Below, piece by piece: positions 20,241 through 29,269 of a stretch of DNA of 64,000 nt (positions are counted from its first letter, which is position 1; the number at the start of each line of letters is the position of its first letter). The DNA is from Gemmatimonadales bacterium. Its GTDB lineage: Bacteria > Gemmatimonadota > Gemmatimonadetes > Gemmatimonadales > GWC2-71-9. Below the pieces are notes generated by a model that was not told where the DNA came from, made no database searches, and saw nothing but the letters and a program-made list of their open reading frames with translations. The stretch spans positions 1-64,000 of the forward strand of contig JBFJHJ010000007.1 of NCBI GenBank assembly GCA_041613315.1, written 5' to 3'. The position numbers and the translations under genes were made by a program.

Positions 20241-20937
20241 GCTGGCCGGCGAGCGCGTTGAGCCCCGCGCGGTCCCGGACGAAGATCGCCTGGCGCGTGA
20301 CCTCGATGAGCCCGCGGTCGGCGAGATCGCGAATGGTGCGCGAGACGGTCTCGCGACTGGAGCCGATCATCTGCGCGATCTGATGGTGGGTGACCTTGCG
20401 CGGGACGCGGGTGCCGTCGTGTTCGTCGGCGATCTCCAGCAGAAGCCGGGCGACGCGGCCATTGACATCCAGCAGGACCAGCCCGCCGATCTTGTCATCC
20501 GCCCGACGCAACCGGCGCGACAACGCCTGGAGCAGGCCAAGCGCGATCCGCGGCATCTCCTGCATGGACTCGAGGAACTCCAGCCGGCGTAGCACCAGCA
20601 GATCCGAATCCTCCATCGCGATCACGTGGGCGGAGCGGGGCTGATCGTCGATCAGCGACATCTCTCCGAAAAAGTCGCCATCCTTCAGCACCGCGAGGAT
20701 GACCTCGCGGCCGTCCTCCCCGATGAGGACCACTTTCACCTGTCCGCCCGCCACGACGTAGAGCGCGTCGCCGGGATCGTCCTCAAAGAGGATCACGCTG
20801 TTCTTGGGATAGCTACGCTCCCGGGTGGCCTGGCTCACCCGGGCCAGCTCCGCCTCGCTCAGATGAGCGAACAACGGCACACGGCGCAGGCGCTCGGCGA
20901 CGGGGAGCGGCGAGCCTCGAGGGGATGTGATGGCCAT
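20236..20937 (-). CDS. Crp/Fnr family transcriptional regulator (cNMP-binding)
   Basis: FFGEMSL..PRSA cNMP pocket; HTH IAQMIGSSRETVSR. Confidence 0.94.
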   Translation of the reverse strand: MAITSPRGSPLPVAERLRRVPLFAHLSEAELARVSQATRERSYPKNSVILFEDDPGDALYVVAGGQVKVVLIGEDGREVILAVLKDGDFFGEMSLIDDQPRSAHVIAMEDSDLLVLRRLEFLESMQEMPRIALGLLQALSRRLRRADDKIGGLVLLDVNGRVARLLLEIADEHDGTRVPRKVTHHQIAQMIGSSRETVSRTIRDLADRGLIEVTRQAIFVRDRAGLNALAGQP

Positions 20938-20946
20938 AACGCGCCA

Positions 20947-20975
20947 AGATTAGGGCGCACGCCGTGGGCTGTCAA
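20947..20975 (-). promoter_or_regulatory. Sigma-70 promoter of crp (near-leaderless)
   Basis: TTGACA (20975-20970)-N17-TAATCT (20952-20947); 9 nt to the ATG; no SD. Confidence 0.7.
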
Positions 20976-20995
20976 TTCGGTGATGGGGGCGGCGC

Positions 20996-21025
20996 TTGCC
21001 CACAACTCCCTGTCACGGTTATATT
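20996..21025 (+). promoter_or_regulatory. Sigma-70 promoter of the rpmE-prfA operon
   Basis: TTGCCC-N18-TATATT in an AT-richer divergent intergenic region. Confidence 0.6.
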
Positions 21026-21077
21026 TCCGCCTCTTTGATCGGGTTCTCGAGACCCGGGTTTTCGCGAGGAGCGAGCG

Positions 21078-21296
21078 GTGAAAGCAGGGATTCATCCGAA
21101 GTACGAGCGCGCGGTCGTCCAGTGCGCCTGCGGCAATACCTTTGAGACGCGGTCCACGCTGGCGCACATTCATGTCGAGATTTGCGCCCGGTGTCATCCG
21201 TTCTTCACCGGGAAGCAGAAGCTCGTGGACACCGCCGGTCGCGTCGAGCGCTTCCGGCAGCGGTACCAGACGGGCGCGGCGCCGAGCGAGGCCTGA
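21078..21296 (+). CDS. rpmE: 50S ribosomal protein L31 (Zn-binding type)
   Basis: [32 protein letters not shown]. Confidence 0.97.
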   Translation: MKAGIHPKYERAVVQCACGNTFETRSTLAHIHVEICARCHPFFTGKQKLVDTAGRVERFRQRYQTGAAPSEA

Positions 21297-21302
21297 GAAC
21301 CG

Positions 21303-22361
21303 ATGGAAGCGCGGCTCGAGGCCGCGCTTGCCCGCGCGGCCGAGGTTGAGCAGCAGCTCGCCGACCCTGAGACGGCCCGTAAGCCCTCACAGCTCAAGGC
21401 GTTAGGCCGAGAGCACTCCCGCCTGCAACGCATCCGCAAGAAGGCCGCCGAGTATCACAAGATCCTCGATGAGCTGAGCCAGGCCCGCGAGCTGGCTCGC
21501 GACCCGGATCCGGCCCTCGCCGATCTCGCCCGTGACGACATCATGCGGCTGGAGCCCACGCTCGCCCGGGTGGAGGGCGAGCTCCACGACCTGCTCATCC
21601 CGCCCGACCCGCTCGACCATCGCGACACGATCGTGGAGATCCGCGCGGGGACCGGCGGCGATGAGGCCGCGCTGTTCGCCGCCGATCTGTTGCGCATGTA
21701 CACGCGCTACGCGGAGCGCCGCGGCTGGAACGTCGAGATGGTGGCACTGTCTGAGGGGAACGTCGGCGGCGTGCGGGAAGCCATCTTCAAGGTGAGCGGG
21801 GAGCAAGCGTACGGCCGGTTGCGCTACGAGTCGGGCGTGCATCGGGTCCAGCGTGTGCCGGCGACCGAGGCCCAGGGTCGGATTCACACCTCGGCCGCGA
21901 CCGTCGCGGTGCTGCCCGAAGCGCAGGAGGTGGACCTCGAGCTCGAGGCGAAGGAACTCAAGGTCGACGTGTTTCGCTCCTCGGGGCCCGGCGGCCAGAG
22001 TGTCAACACGACCGACAGCGCGGTGCGTGTCACCCACCTGCCCACGGGCCTCGTGGTCCAGTGCCAGGACCAGAAGTCCCAGCTCCAGAACAAGCTCCGC
22101 GCGCTGGAAGTCCTGCGCGCGAGGCTCCTCGACCGGATGCTGGCCGAGCAAGAAGCGGAGCGGGCGCGCGAGCGCCGGGCCATGGTCGGGACCGGCGACC
22201 GCTCGGCCAAGATTCGGACCTATAACTTCCCCCAAAACCGCGTGACGGACCACCGCATCAACCTGACGGTGCACCAGTTGGAGGACGTGCTCGAGGGCGA
22301 GCTCGAGGAGATCATCGACGCGCTCGCGCTGGCGCGCCGCGGCGAGCATGCCGTCGGCTGA
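21303..22361 (+). CDS. prfA: Peptide chain release factor 1
   Basis: EIRAGTGGDEA, RVPAT (PxT), GPGGQSVN, IRTYNFPQNRVTDHRI. Confidence 0.97.
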   Translation: MEARLEAALARAAEVEQQLADPETARKPSQLKALGREHSRLQRIRKKAAEYHKILDELSQARELARDPDPALADLARDDIMRLEPTLARVEGELHDLLIPPDPLDHRDTIVEIRAGTGGDEAALFAADLLRMYTRYAERRGWNVEMVALSEGNVGGVREAIFKVSGEQAYGRLRYESGVHRVQRVPATEAQGRIHTSAATVAVLPEAQEVDLELEAKELKVDVFRSSGPGGQSVNTTDSAVRVTHLPTGLVVQCQDQKSQLQNKLRALEVLRARLLDRMLAEQEAERARERRAMVGTGDRSAKIRTYNFPQNRVTDHRINLTVHQLEDVLEGELEEIIDALALARRGEHAVG

Positions 22362-23232
22362 CACCGTGACGGGCACCGTGGCGGCCGCGGTGGAGCGGGG
22401 CACGACGCTCCTCGCGGCGGCGGGGGTGCACGATCCGCGGCGCGAGGCGCTCCGTCTGTGGAGCGCCCTGGCCGGGTCGTCGCCCGGCGCCGTCTGGCTG
22501 GTGCGGGGGCGGACGGCCCCTGCCGAGCTCCACCAGCGGTTCGACGCGGCCGTGGCCCGTTGCGCGGCGGGTGAGCCGCTCGCCTACGTGACCGGGCGGG
22601 CGGGGTTCCGCACGCTGGAGGTGGCGGTCGATCGCCGGGTCCTGATCCCCCGGCCGGAGACCGAAGGGCTGGTCGAGCACGTCCTGGCGTGGGCGAGCCG
22701 GCGCGGTGGCGGCGCCCTGCGGGCGCTGGATCTGGGGACGGGCAGCGGCGCTATCGCGTTGAGTCTCGCCGTCGAGGGGCCGTTCAGGGAAGTGGTCGGA
22801 ATCGAGCGCTCGGCAGCGGCGCTCGAGGTGGCTCGGAAGAACTGGCGGCGCGTGGCGCCCCGGACACCGGTCCGATTCCTCCGAGGGTCGTGGGGCGAGC
22901 CGCTGGGTGACGCGTGTTTCGACGTGGTCGTCGCCAACCCACCGTACCTGAGCGACGCGGAATTCGACGCCTTGGAGCCGGCCGTGCGGGCGTACGAGCC
23001 GCGGGAGGCGCTGGTGGGTGGGGCGGATGGGCTGGATCCCAGTCGGCTGCTCCTCCGGGGGGCCGGCCGGAACCTTCGTCACGGCGGGCTCCTGGCGCTG
23101 GAACTAGATTGCACGAGGGCCGAAGCCACGCTGGCGCTGGCACGGGCGACCGGTTGGGTCGGTGCCCGGCTCGAGCGTGATCTGTTCGGCCGCATCCGCT
23201 ACCTCTTGGCCACGGGGGATACCGAACCGTGA
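22348..23232 (+). CDS. prmC: Release factor glutamine methyltransferase
   Basis: GEPLAY, VLIPRPETE, LDLGTGSG, NPPY; directly follows prfA. Confidence 0.95.
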   Translation: MPSADTVTGTVAAAVERGTTLLAAAGVHDPRREALRLWSALAGSSPGAVWLVRGRTAPAELHQRFDAAVARCAAGEPLAYVTGRAGFRTLEVAVDRRVLIPRPETEGLVEHVLAWASRRGGGALRALDLGTGSGAIALSLAVEGPFREVVGIERSAAALEVARKNWRRVAPRTPVRFLRGSWGEPLGDACFDVVVANPPYLSDAEFDALEPAVRAYEPREALVGGADGLDPSRLLLRGAGRNLRHGGLLALELDCTRAEATLALARATGWVGARLERDLFGRIRYLLATGDTEP

Positions 23233-23582
23233 TTCCGGAGAAGGCCCACGAGCTGGGGCGGCTGATCGGCCAGACCGACGATTTCAAGACGCTGCATCGG
23301 GCCCGCGAGGGCCTGCGGCAGGCCACGGAGCTGACCGGGAAGCTCGACCGCCTGGAGCGCCTGGCGCGCACGCTGGAGAGCCGCGCCCGCGAGGGGCAGG
23401 AGCCGCCGGAGGAGGAGGTTGACGAGTACGACCGCCTGTTGATGGAGGTCCAGGCCGATTCCCACTACCAGCAGGTGATCGCGGCGCAGTCGAACTTCGA
23501 CAAGCTGATGGTGCGGGTGAACCAGCACATCGTGGAGGGGATGGAAAAGGGCGCGCAAAGCTCCATCATCACCCTCGGCTGA
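23229..23582 (+). CDS. YlbF/YheA/YmcA (Com_YlbF) family helical protein
   Basis: 117-aa all-helical protein: EKAHELGRLI..AQSNFDKLMVRVNQHI. Confidence 0.7.
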   Translation: MIPEKAHELGRLIGQTDDFKTLHRAREGLRQATELTGKLDRLERLARTLESRAREGQEPPEEEVDEYDRLLMEVQADSHYQQVIAAQSNFDKLMVRVNQHIVEGMEKGAQSSIITLG

Positions 23583-23592
23583 ACGAGCGGGC

Positions 23593-24216
23593 GTGGCCGG
23601 GCTGTTCGTCGTGGTGGAGGGACCCGAGGGGGCGGGGAAGACGACCCTGGTCGCGGGGCTCGCGCGCCGGGTGCGGGCGGCGGGGCACGAGGTGCTCGAG
23701 GTGCGGGAGCCGGGGGGCACCGAGGTGGCGGAAGCGGCGCGAGAGATCGTGCTGGATCCGGCGCGGGACTGCGCTCCGGCGGCGGAGCTGTTCCTGATCC
23801 TGGCGGCCCGGGCGGACCTCGTGGCGAAGGTGCTCCGGCCGTGGCTCGCGCGCGGCCGCGGCGTGGTGGTGAGCGACCGGTTCGCGCTTTCGACCGAGGC
23901 GTACCAGGTCGCGGGACGTGGCCTGCCGCGGGACGCGGTGTTGGCCGCCAATCGCCTGGCGACGGGCGGACTGGTGCCGGATCTGACGCTCGTGCTCGAC
24001 GTCACCACGGACGTCGGACGGGGGCGCCACGCGGCGGCGGGCAAGGCACCGGACCGGCTGGAGCAGGCGGACCCGGCGTATCATGAACGGGTGCGCGCGG
24101 CGTTTCGGGCGGCGGTGGGGCCGGGCGTCGTGCACTTGGACGGCGGCCGTCCGCCGGAGCAGGTCGAGGAGGCGGCGTGGCGCGTGGTGCAGTCGCGCCT
24201 CAACGGAACCCGGTAA
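23593..24216 (+). CDS. tmk: Thymidylate kinase
   Basis: EGPEGAGKTT, REPGGT, SDRF..AYQ, PDLTLVLD. Confidence 0.95.
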   Translation: MAGLFVVVEGPEGAGKTTLVAGLARRVRAAGHEVLEVREPGGTEVAEAAREIVLDPARDCAPAAELFLILAARADLVAKVLRPWLARGRGVVVSDRFALSTEAYQVAGRGLPRDAVLAANRLATGGLVPDLTLVLDVTTDVGRGRHAAAGKAPDRLEQADPAYHERVRAAFRAAVGPGVVHLDGGRPPEQVEEAAWRVVQSRLNGTR

Positions 24217-24263
24217 GTGACTCGCGGGTTGAACATGGGCACACGGGAGGGAGGCACATCTCG

Positions 24264-25886
24264 ATGAAGGGGCAGCGGATCTGGCTGGTCGCGCTGGTGG
24301 CCGTCGTGTCGTTCGTCTCCGGCGGATGGCTGCTGCAGCGCGGGACCTCGCAGGCGGGCAACGTGTATCGGCAGGCGCGCCTGTTCGACGATGTGCTGGG
24401 GTACGTCGCCCAGTACTACGTAGACTCGCTGGGCGAGGGCCGGCTGTACGATATGGCCATCGACGGCCTGCTGAACGAGTTGAGCGATCCGTACAGTGCG
24501 TTCCTCCGCAAGGAGGATTTCGAGGAGTTGACCGAGAGCACGACCGGGAACTACGGCGGACTCGGCATTCGGATCGACGTGCGGGACGGCTGGATCACCG
24601 TCATCGCGCCGATCGCGGGGACGCCGGCGGCCGAAGCCGGGCTCGAGACCGGCGACCGCATCGTCGAGGTGGACGGGCGGTCCACGTTCGGGTGGAAGAA
24701 CGACAAGGCCGTGTCGGAGCTTCGGGGGGAGCCGGGCTCGAAGGTGAAGCTCGCGGTGGCCCGGCCGGGGTTCCCCGAGCCGATCGAGTTCTCCATCGAA
24801 CGGGCGCTCGTCCACATCAAAGCGATCCAGCTCGCGACGATCCTCCAGAACGGCGTGGGCTACGTCTCGCTCGTCAATTCGAGCGTGAGCGAGACCTTGG
24901 CGGACGAGCTCGCCGAGGAGATCAACCGGCTGCGGAAAGCCGGCGCGCGATCACTCGTCCTCGACGTGCGCAACAACCCCGGCGGCCTCCTCGACCAGGG
25001 TGTCGCGGTCTCCGATCTGTTTCTCAACCGCGATCAAACCGTCGTGTCCACGCGCGGGCGCGTAGCTCAGGCCTCGGAGGTGTATCGCGCCAAGGAGCGG
25101 CAGCGTTGGGCGGACATGCCGGTCGTGGTGTTGGTCAACGGCGGGACGGCGAGCGCGGCGGAGATCATCGCCGGTGCGCTGCAAGACCATGACCGGGCCC
25201 TCATCATCGGCACGCCGACGTTCGGGAAGGGGTTGGTACAGACGGTGTTCCGGCTGGGGCGCAACGAGGCGTTGCGGCTCACGACGGCGCGCTGGTACAC
25301 GCCGAGCGGGCGCACGATCGAGCGTGTGGCCGGCCCCAATGGGCGGCGCGCCGTCGCGGCGGCCAACGAGGACGAAGATGACGGCCGGCACACGCCCGAT
25401 TCGAGCGCCGTCTTCCACACCGACGGGGGCCGGATCGTCCTGGGTGGTGGTGGGATCCATCCCGACCTGGTCGTACCGGGCGACACCCTGTCGTCGGCGG
25501 AGCAGGAGTTCGTGCGAACCCTCGGGTCGAAGCTCCCGGTGTATCGGGACGTCATGACCAGCTATGCGCTGGAGTTGAAGGGATCGAACGCTGTGCAGCC
25601 GGCGGGGGTTCGGGTGACCGACCGGATGCGGGCCGAGCTACTGCGGCGGCTCCGCGAGAAGAGCGTCACCATGCCCGACGATGCCTGGGCGGGCGCCCGG
25701 TCGCTGGTCGATCAGCAGTTCGGCTACGAGGTCATCCGCTACGTCGCGGGTCGGGAGGCGGAGAGCCTCCAGCGCATCCGCGATGATGTCCAGGTCCAAC
25801 GGGCCGTGGCGCTGCTGAGCGAGGCGCGGACGCCGCAGGAACTGCTGGCGCAGGCCACCCAGGAGGCGCGGCGCAGCAATCCGTGA
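24264..25886 (+). CDS. S41 family carboxyl-terminal processing protease (CtpA/Prc)
   Basis: N-terminal TM; DPYS, GGLGI PDZ, DVRNNPGGLL, TASAAEIIAGALQD, TFGKG. Confidence 0.94.
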   Translation: MKGQRIWLVALVAVVSFVSGGWLLQRGTSQAGNVYRQARLFDDVLGYVAQYYVDSLGEGRLYDMAIDGLLNELSDPYSAFLRKEDFEELTESTTGNYGGLGIRIDVRDGWITVIAPIAGTPAAEAGLETGDRIVEVDGRSTFGWKNDKAVSELRGEPGSKVKLAVARPGFPEPIEFSIERALVHIKAIQLATILQNGVGYVSLVNSSVSETLADELAEEINRLRKAGARSLVLDVRNNPGGLLDQGVAVSDLFLNRDQTVVSTRGRVAQASEVYRAKERQRWADMPVVVLVNGGTASAAEIIAGALQDHDRALIIGTPTFGKGLVQTVFRLGRNEALRLTTARWYTPSGRTIERVAGPNGRRAVAAANEDEDDGRHTPDSSAVFHTDGGRIVLGGGGIHPDLVVPGDTLSSAEQEFVRTLGSKLPVYRDVMTSYALELKGSNAVQPAGVRVTDRMRAELLRRLREKSVTMPDDAWAGARSLVDQQFGYEVIRYVAGREAESLQRIRDDVQVQRAVALLSEARTPQELLAQATQEARRSNP

Positions 25887-26722
25887 GCGCGGTCGGGATC
25901 GTCGGGCCCGGGCGCGCCGGGCTCGGGATCGGTCTCGCGCTGGCGCAGGCCGGCCATGAGGTGCGGTTGCACGGGCGGCGGGGGAAGCCGGTTCCCCCGC
26001 CGCTCGAGCTTTCGTGGGGTGGGCCGCCCCCGTGGCTCCGTGACGTTGGCATCGTGCTGCTCGCGGTGCCCGATCCCGCGATCGGTCTGGCCGCGGAGGC
26101 GCTCGCGGCCTCGGACGGTGTGACCCCGCGTCACGTCGTGCTCCATCTGTCGGGACTGGTGGACCACACCGCGCTCGGCGCCTTGCGCCCCAGCGGGGCG
26201 GCGTTGGGATCGCTCCATCCGCTTCAGGCCATCTCGGAGCCCGAGGCCGCGCCGCAGCGCCTCGTGGGTGCCCTGGCCGCGATCGAGGGCGACGAGCGCG
26301 CCGTTGCGGCCGCGACCGCGCTCGCCTCCGCCATCGGCCTCCATCCGGTCGTGATCGACCCCGGCGCGAAGCCCGGCTACCACGCGGGCGCCGTCGTGGC
26401 GTCGAACTATCTGGTGGTGTTGGCGGCGCTCGCGGAGCGGCTGTTCACCCGTGCCGGGCTCCCGACGGCCGCCGCTCGCCAGGGGCTCGCGGCCCTCATG
26501 CGGGGCACGGTGGACAACGTCGCGCGCGAGGGTCCGCTCGGCTCCCTCACCGGGCCGATCGTGCGCGGGGATGCCGATGCGATCCGCCAACACCTCGCCA
26601 CGCTCGATCCCGGCGTCGCGCGCATCTACCGCGCGCTCGGCCGGGCGGCGTTGGAACTCGCCAAACTGGACGACGCTGTACGGAGAAGGGTCGAGCGGGC
26701 GCTCGAGGGGGGAGTGGAGTAG
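25883..26722 (+). CDS. Rossmann-like + DUF2520 oxidoreductase (PanG-like)
   Basis: GPGRAG, LAVPD, HLSG, SLHPLQ, YHAGAVVASNY, LTGPIVRGD. Confidence 0.88.
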   Translation: MSAVGIVGPGRAGLGIGLALAQAGHEVRLHGRRGKPVPPPLELSWGGPPPWLRDVGIVLLAVPDPAIGLAAEALAASDGVTPRHVVLHLSGLVDHTALGALRPSGAALGSLHPLQAISEPEAAPQRLVGALAAIEGDERAVAAATALASAIGLHPVVIDPGAKPGYHAGAVVASNYLVVLAALAERLFTRAGLPTAAARQGLAALMRGTVDNVAREGPLGSLTGPIVRGDADAIRQHLATLDPGVARIYRALGRAALELAKLDDAVRRRVERALEGGVE

Positions 26723-26723
26723 T

Positions 26724-27449
26724 CTACGGGGTCACTACCCGCGTCCCCTTCGGCACCTCGAACGTGACCTCCCGAGCCGGCACCCGCACGCCGGTGCGGA
26801 TGTCGTGGAGCACGATCCGGCGGCGTTGGCCCGAGGGCTCGACCAGCGCGATGCGTCGGAGGAGGCCGTCATCCCTGTCCACGCCGATCTCCGCGTTCCG
26901 GAACCCGAGCCCCGTCTCCCGTGGGATGAGCCGTACCACGTCCACCACGTGCCCCCGCACGGTGTCCACGCCCACCAGCGTGGCCTCGTAGCGCTCGAGG
27001 GGCCGGTCCACGAACTGGGCGATCAGATTCGGGGTCTGCGCGCCCGTCTGGGGAACCGGCTGCCGGATCACCTGGTTGGGGACGCTGCTCGGCGCGTAGA
27101 GCCACAGCCACGTGCCGTCCGCCACGATGCGCTCCCCCTCGGGGTCGGTGAACCGCATGGCGAATCGGCCGGGTGGCAGCAGAAAGAGCTTGCCGTGCGT
27201 CGTCTCGGGCGCGCCCAACATCGGGTTCATGATCGTTTGCGTGAACTCCGCCGTCAGGGAGGACCCATCACCGTGCGCGCGCTCGGCGCGGCGGAGCACT
27301 GCCGCGGCGTCCTGGGCCGCGAGCGGTGCAGCGAACAGCAGAGAGGCGGCCACCGGCGGCCAGAGGCGACGACGGGCGCTTGGCGCCGCGCGGAGGCCGC
27401 GGCCGCCCCCGACCGCCAGAGACCGCGTGCAACCCCCCGCGCCGCTCAC
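26724..27449 (-). CDS. lolA: Outer-membrane lipoprotein carrier protein LolA
   Basis: Signal peptide; [38 protein letters not shown]. Confidence 0.85.
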   Translation of the reverse strand: MSGAGGCTRSLAVGGGRGLRAAPSARRRLWPPVAASLLFAAPLAAQDAAAVLRRAERAHGDGSSLTAEFTQTIMNPMLGAPETTHGKLFLLPPGRFAMRFTDPEGERIVADGTWLWLYAPSSVPNQVIRQPVPQTGAQTPNLIAQFVDRPLERYEATLVGVDTVRGHVVDVVRLIPRETGLGFRNAEIGVDRDDGLLRRIALVEPSGQRRRIVLHDIRTGVRVPAREVTFEVPKGTRVVTP

Positions 27450-28495
27450 GTCCTCACCGCCTGCGGCAACGGCGGCGCCACCCGCGTTCCGATTGCCTCC
27501 GCGATCACCCGGACTTGCGCCATGAGGTCGGCGAACTGCTCCGGATAGAGGCTCTGGTCGCCGTCGGAGAGCGCCCGGTCGGGATGGGGATGCACCTCCA
27601 CCATGATACCGTCGGCGCCCGCCGCCACCGCCGCGCGGGCCATCGGGATCACCTTGTCACGCCGGCCGGTGCCGTGACTGGGGTCGGCGATGATGGGGAG
27701 ATGCGAGAGGCTGTGGACCACCGGGATACTCGCGAGATCGAACACGTTGCGCGTGGTCGAAGGGTCGAACCCCCGGATCCCTCGCTCGCACAGCATCACG
27801 TTGTGGTTCCCTTCGGCAAGGAGATACTCGGCCGACAGCAACAGCTCGGTGATCGTCGCCGCCATCCCCCGCTTGACCATCACGGGCTTTCCCGCGCGGC
27901 CGGCGCGCTTCAACAGCGAGAAATTCTGCATGTTCCGGGCGCCGATCTGGATGATGTCGGCGTACTCGGCGACGAGATCCACCGCGTCGGGGTCCATCGC
28001 CTCCGTCACGACCAGCAGCCCCGTCTCCTCGCGCGCTTTGGCCAGGAGCTTGAGGCCCTTGAGCCCCAGACCCTGAAACGAATACGGCGAGGTGCGGGGC
28101 TTGAACGCCCCGCCGCGTAGGATCGCGGCACCGGCGGTGCGCACCGCATGGGCGGCTTCGAGAATCTGTGTCTCGGACTCCACCGAGCAGGGGCCCGCCA
28201 TCACGACCATCTCGCCGCCGCCCACCGTGAGGCCGCCGGGTAGCGGGATGACGGTCGCTTCCTGCTTCCACTCGCGGGAGACCTGCTTGTACGGCTGGGT
28301 GACGCGAAGGATCTCCTTCACCCCGGGCAGCGCGGCGAGCCGCGACGCGTCCACGTGGCCGTCGTTCCCCACGAGGCCGACCGCCGTCCGCTGCCTGCCG
28401 GGCATTGGGCATGCCTCGTAGCCAAGCTCTTCGATCGTCTCGACGACGCGCCGGATCTCCTCGCTCGACGCGCCGTGCTGCATCACAATCAGCAT
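27446..28495 (-). CDS. aroF: 3-deoxy-7-phosphoheptulonate (DAHP) synthase, type I-beta with N-terminal regulatory domain
   Basis: [46 protein letters not shown]. Confidence 0.94.
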   Translation of the reverse strand: MLIVMQHGASSEEIRRVVETIEELGYEACPMPGRQRTAVGLVGNDGHVDASRLAALPGVKEILRVTQPYKQVSREWKQEATVIPLPGGLTVGGGEMVVMAGPCSVESETQILEAAHAVRTAGAAILRGGAFKPRTSPYSFQGLGLKGLKLLAKAREETGLLVVTEAMDPDAVDLVAEYADIIQIGARNMQNFSLLKRAGRAGKPVMVKRGMAATITELLLSAEYLLAEGNHNVMLCERGIRGFDPSTTRNVFDLASIPVVHSLSHLPIIADPSHGTGRRDKVIPMARAAVAAGADGIMVEVHPHPDRALSDGDQSLYPEQFADLMAQVRVIAEAIGTRVAPPLPQAVRT

Positions 28496-28502
28496 GACGA
28501 CT

Positions 28503-29267
28503 TCAGGTCTCCAGGGTGAATCGGTCGCCGTCGTTGGCCAGCACGACCGGCCCTTCGAACGCCGCTGCCGCGAGGGCGGCCGGATCGGCGTCGCCGAATA
28601 CCGGGTAGACGTGCGTCAGCACGAGTCGGCCGGCACCGGCCGCGCGCGCCAGCTGGGCGGCCCGACCGGGCGTTAAATGTACGTCGATGGCCCGATCCTC
28701 AGGTAGCGAACACTCCGCCAGCAGGAGATCGCATCCGGCGGCCCACCGGCCGAGCGCGTCGTCCGGTCCGGTGTCCCCCGTATACACCAGACGGGCGCCG
28801 TCGGCACGGACCGCGTAGGCCAGGCTCTCCGGCGTGTGCCGCGTCTTGCAGGTCTCGAGCTGGACCCCCCTTCCCAGGCGGTGCTCCTCCGCGGGTCCCA
28901 ACTCCACGACGCTCAGGGGATAGTCGGGAGCGAGCAACCAATCGCCATATGCTCCCGCCAGCAGCGCGAGGCGGGTGCCGAAACCGGCGGGGCCGAGTAC
29001 CGTGAGCGGTGCCGACCGCTGGGGGAGCGTGCCCCACCTGAGCGCGAAGAGGAGCATGGGCAACTCACCCCAGTGATCCGGATGAAAGTGGGAGATCGCC
29101 ACGTGTGTCACGTCAGCCCAGGGAAGACCGAGGCCGGCCGCCCGGTGCAGCATGCCCGCGCCACAATCGAGGAGGAGCCGCACGTCGCCCGCGCTCACCC
29201 AGTGCGCGGGCGCAGTCCGCGTCGCGGCTGGCGCCACGGTGCCGCTCCCGATCACGGTGAGCTCCAC
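28503..29267 (-). CDS. MBL-fold metallo-hydrolase (RNase Z-like)
   Basis: LTVIGSG, LLDCG, SHFHPDH, YTGDT, LVLTH; GTG at 29267. Confidence 0.85.
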   Translation of the reverse strand: MELTVIGSGTVAPAATRTAPAHWVSAGDVRLLLDCGAGMLHRAAGLGLPWADVTHVAISHFHPDHWGELPMLLFALRWGTLPQRSAPLTVLGPAGFGTRLALLAGAYGDWLLAPDYPLSVVELGPAEEHRLGRGVQLETCKTRHTPESLAYAVRADGARLVYTGDTGPDDALGRWAAGCDLLLAECSLPEDRAIDVHLTPGRAAQLARAAGAGRLVLTHVYPVFGDADPAALAAAAFEGPVVLANDGDRFTLET

Positions 29268-29269
29268 CC

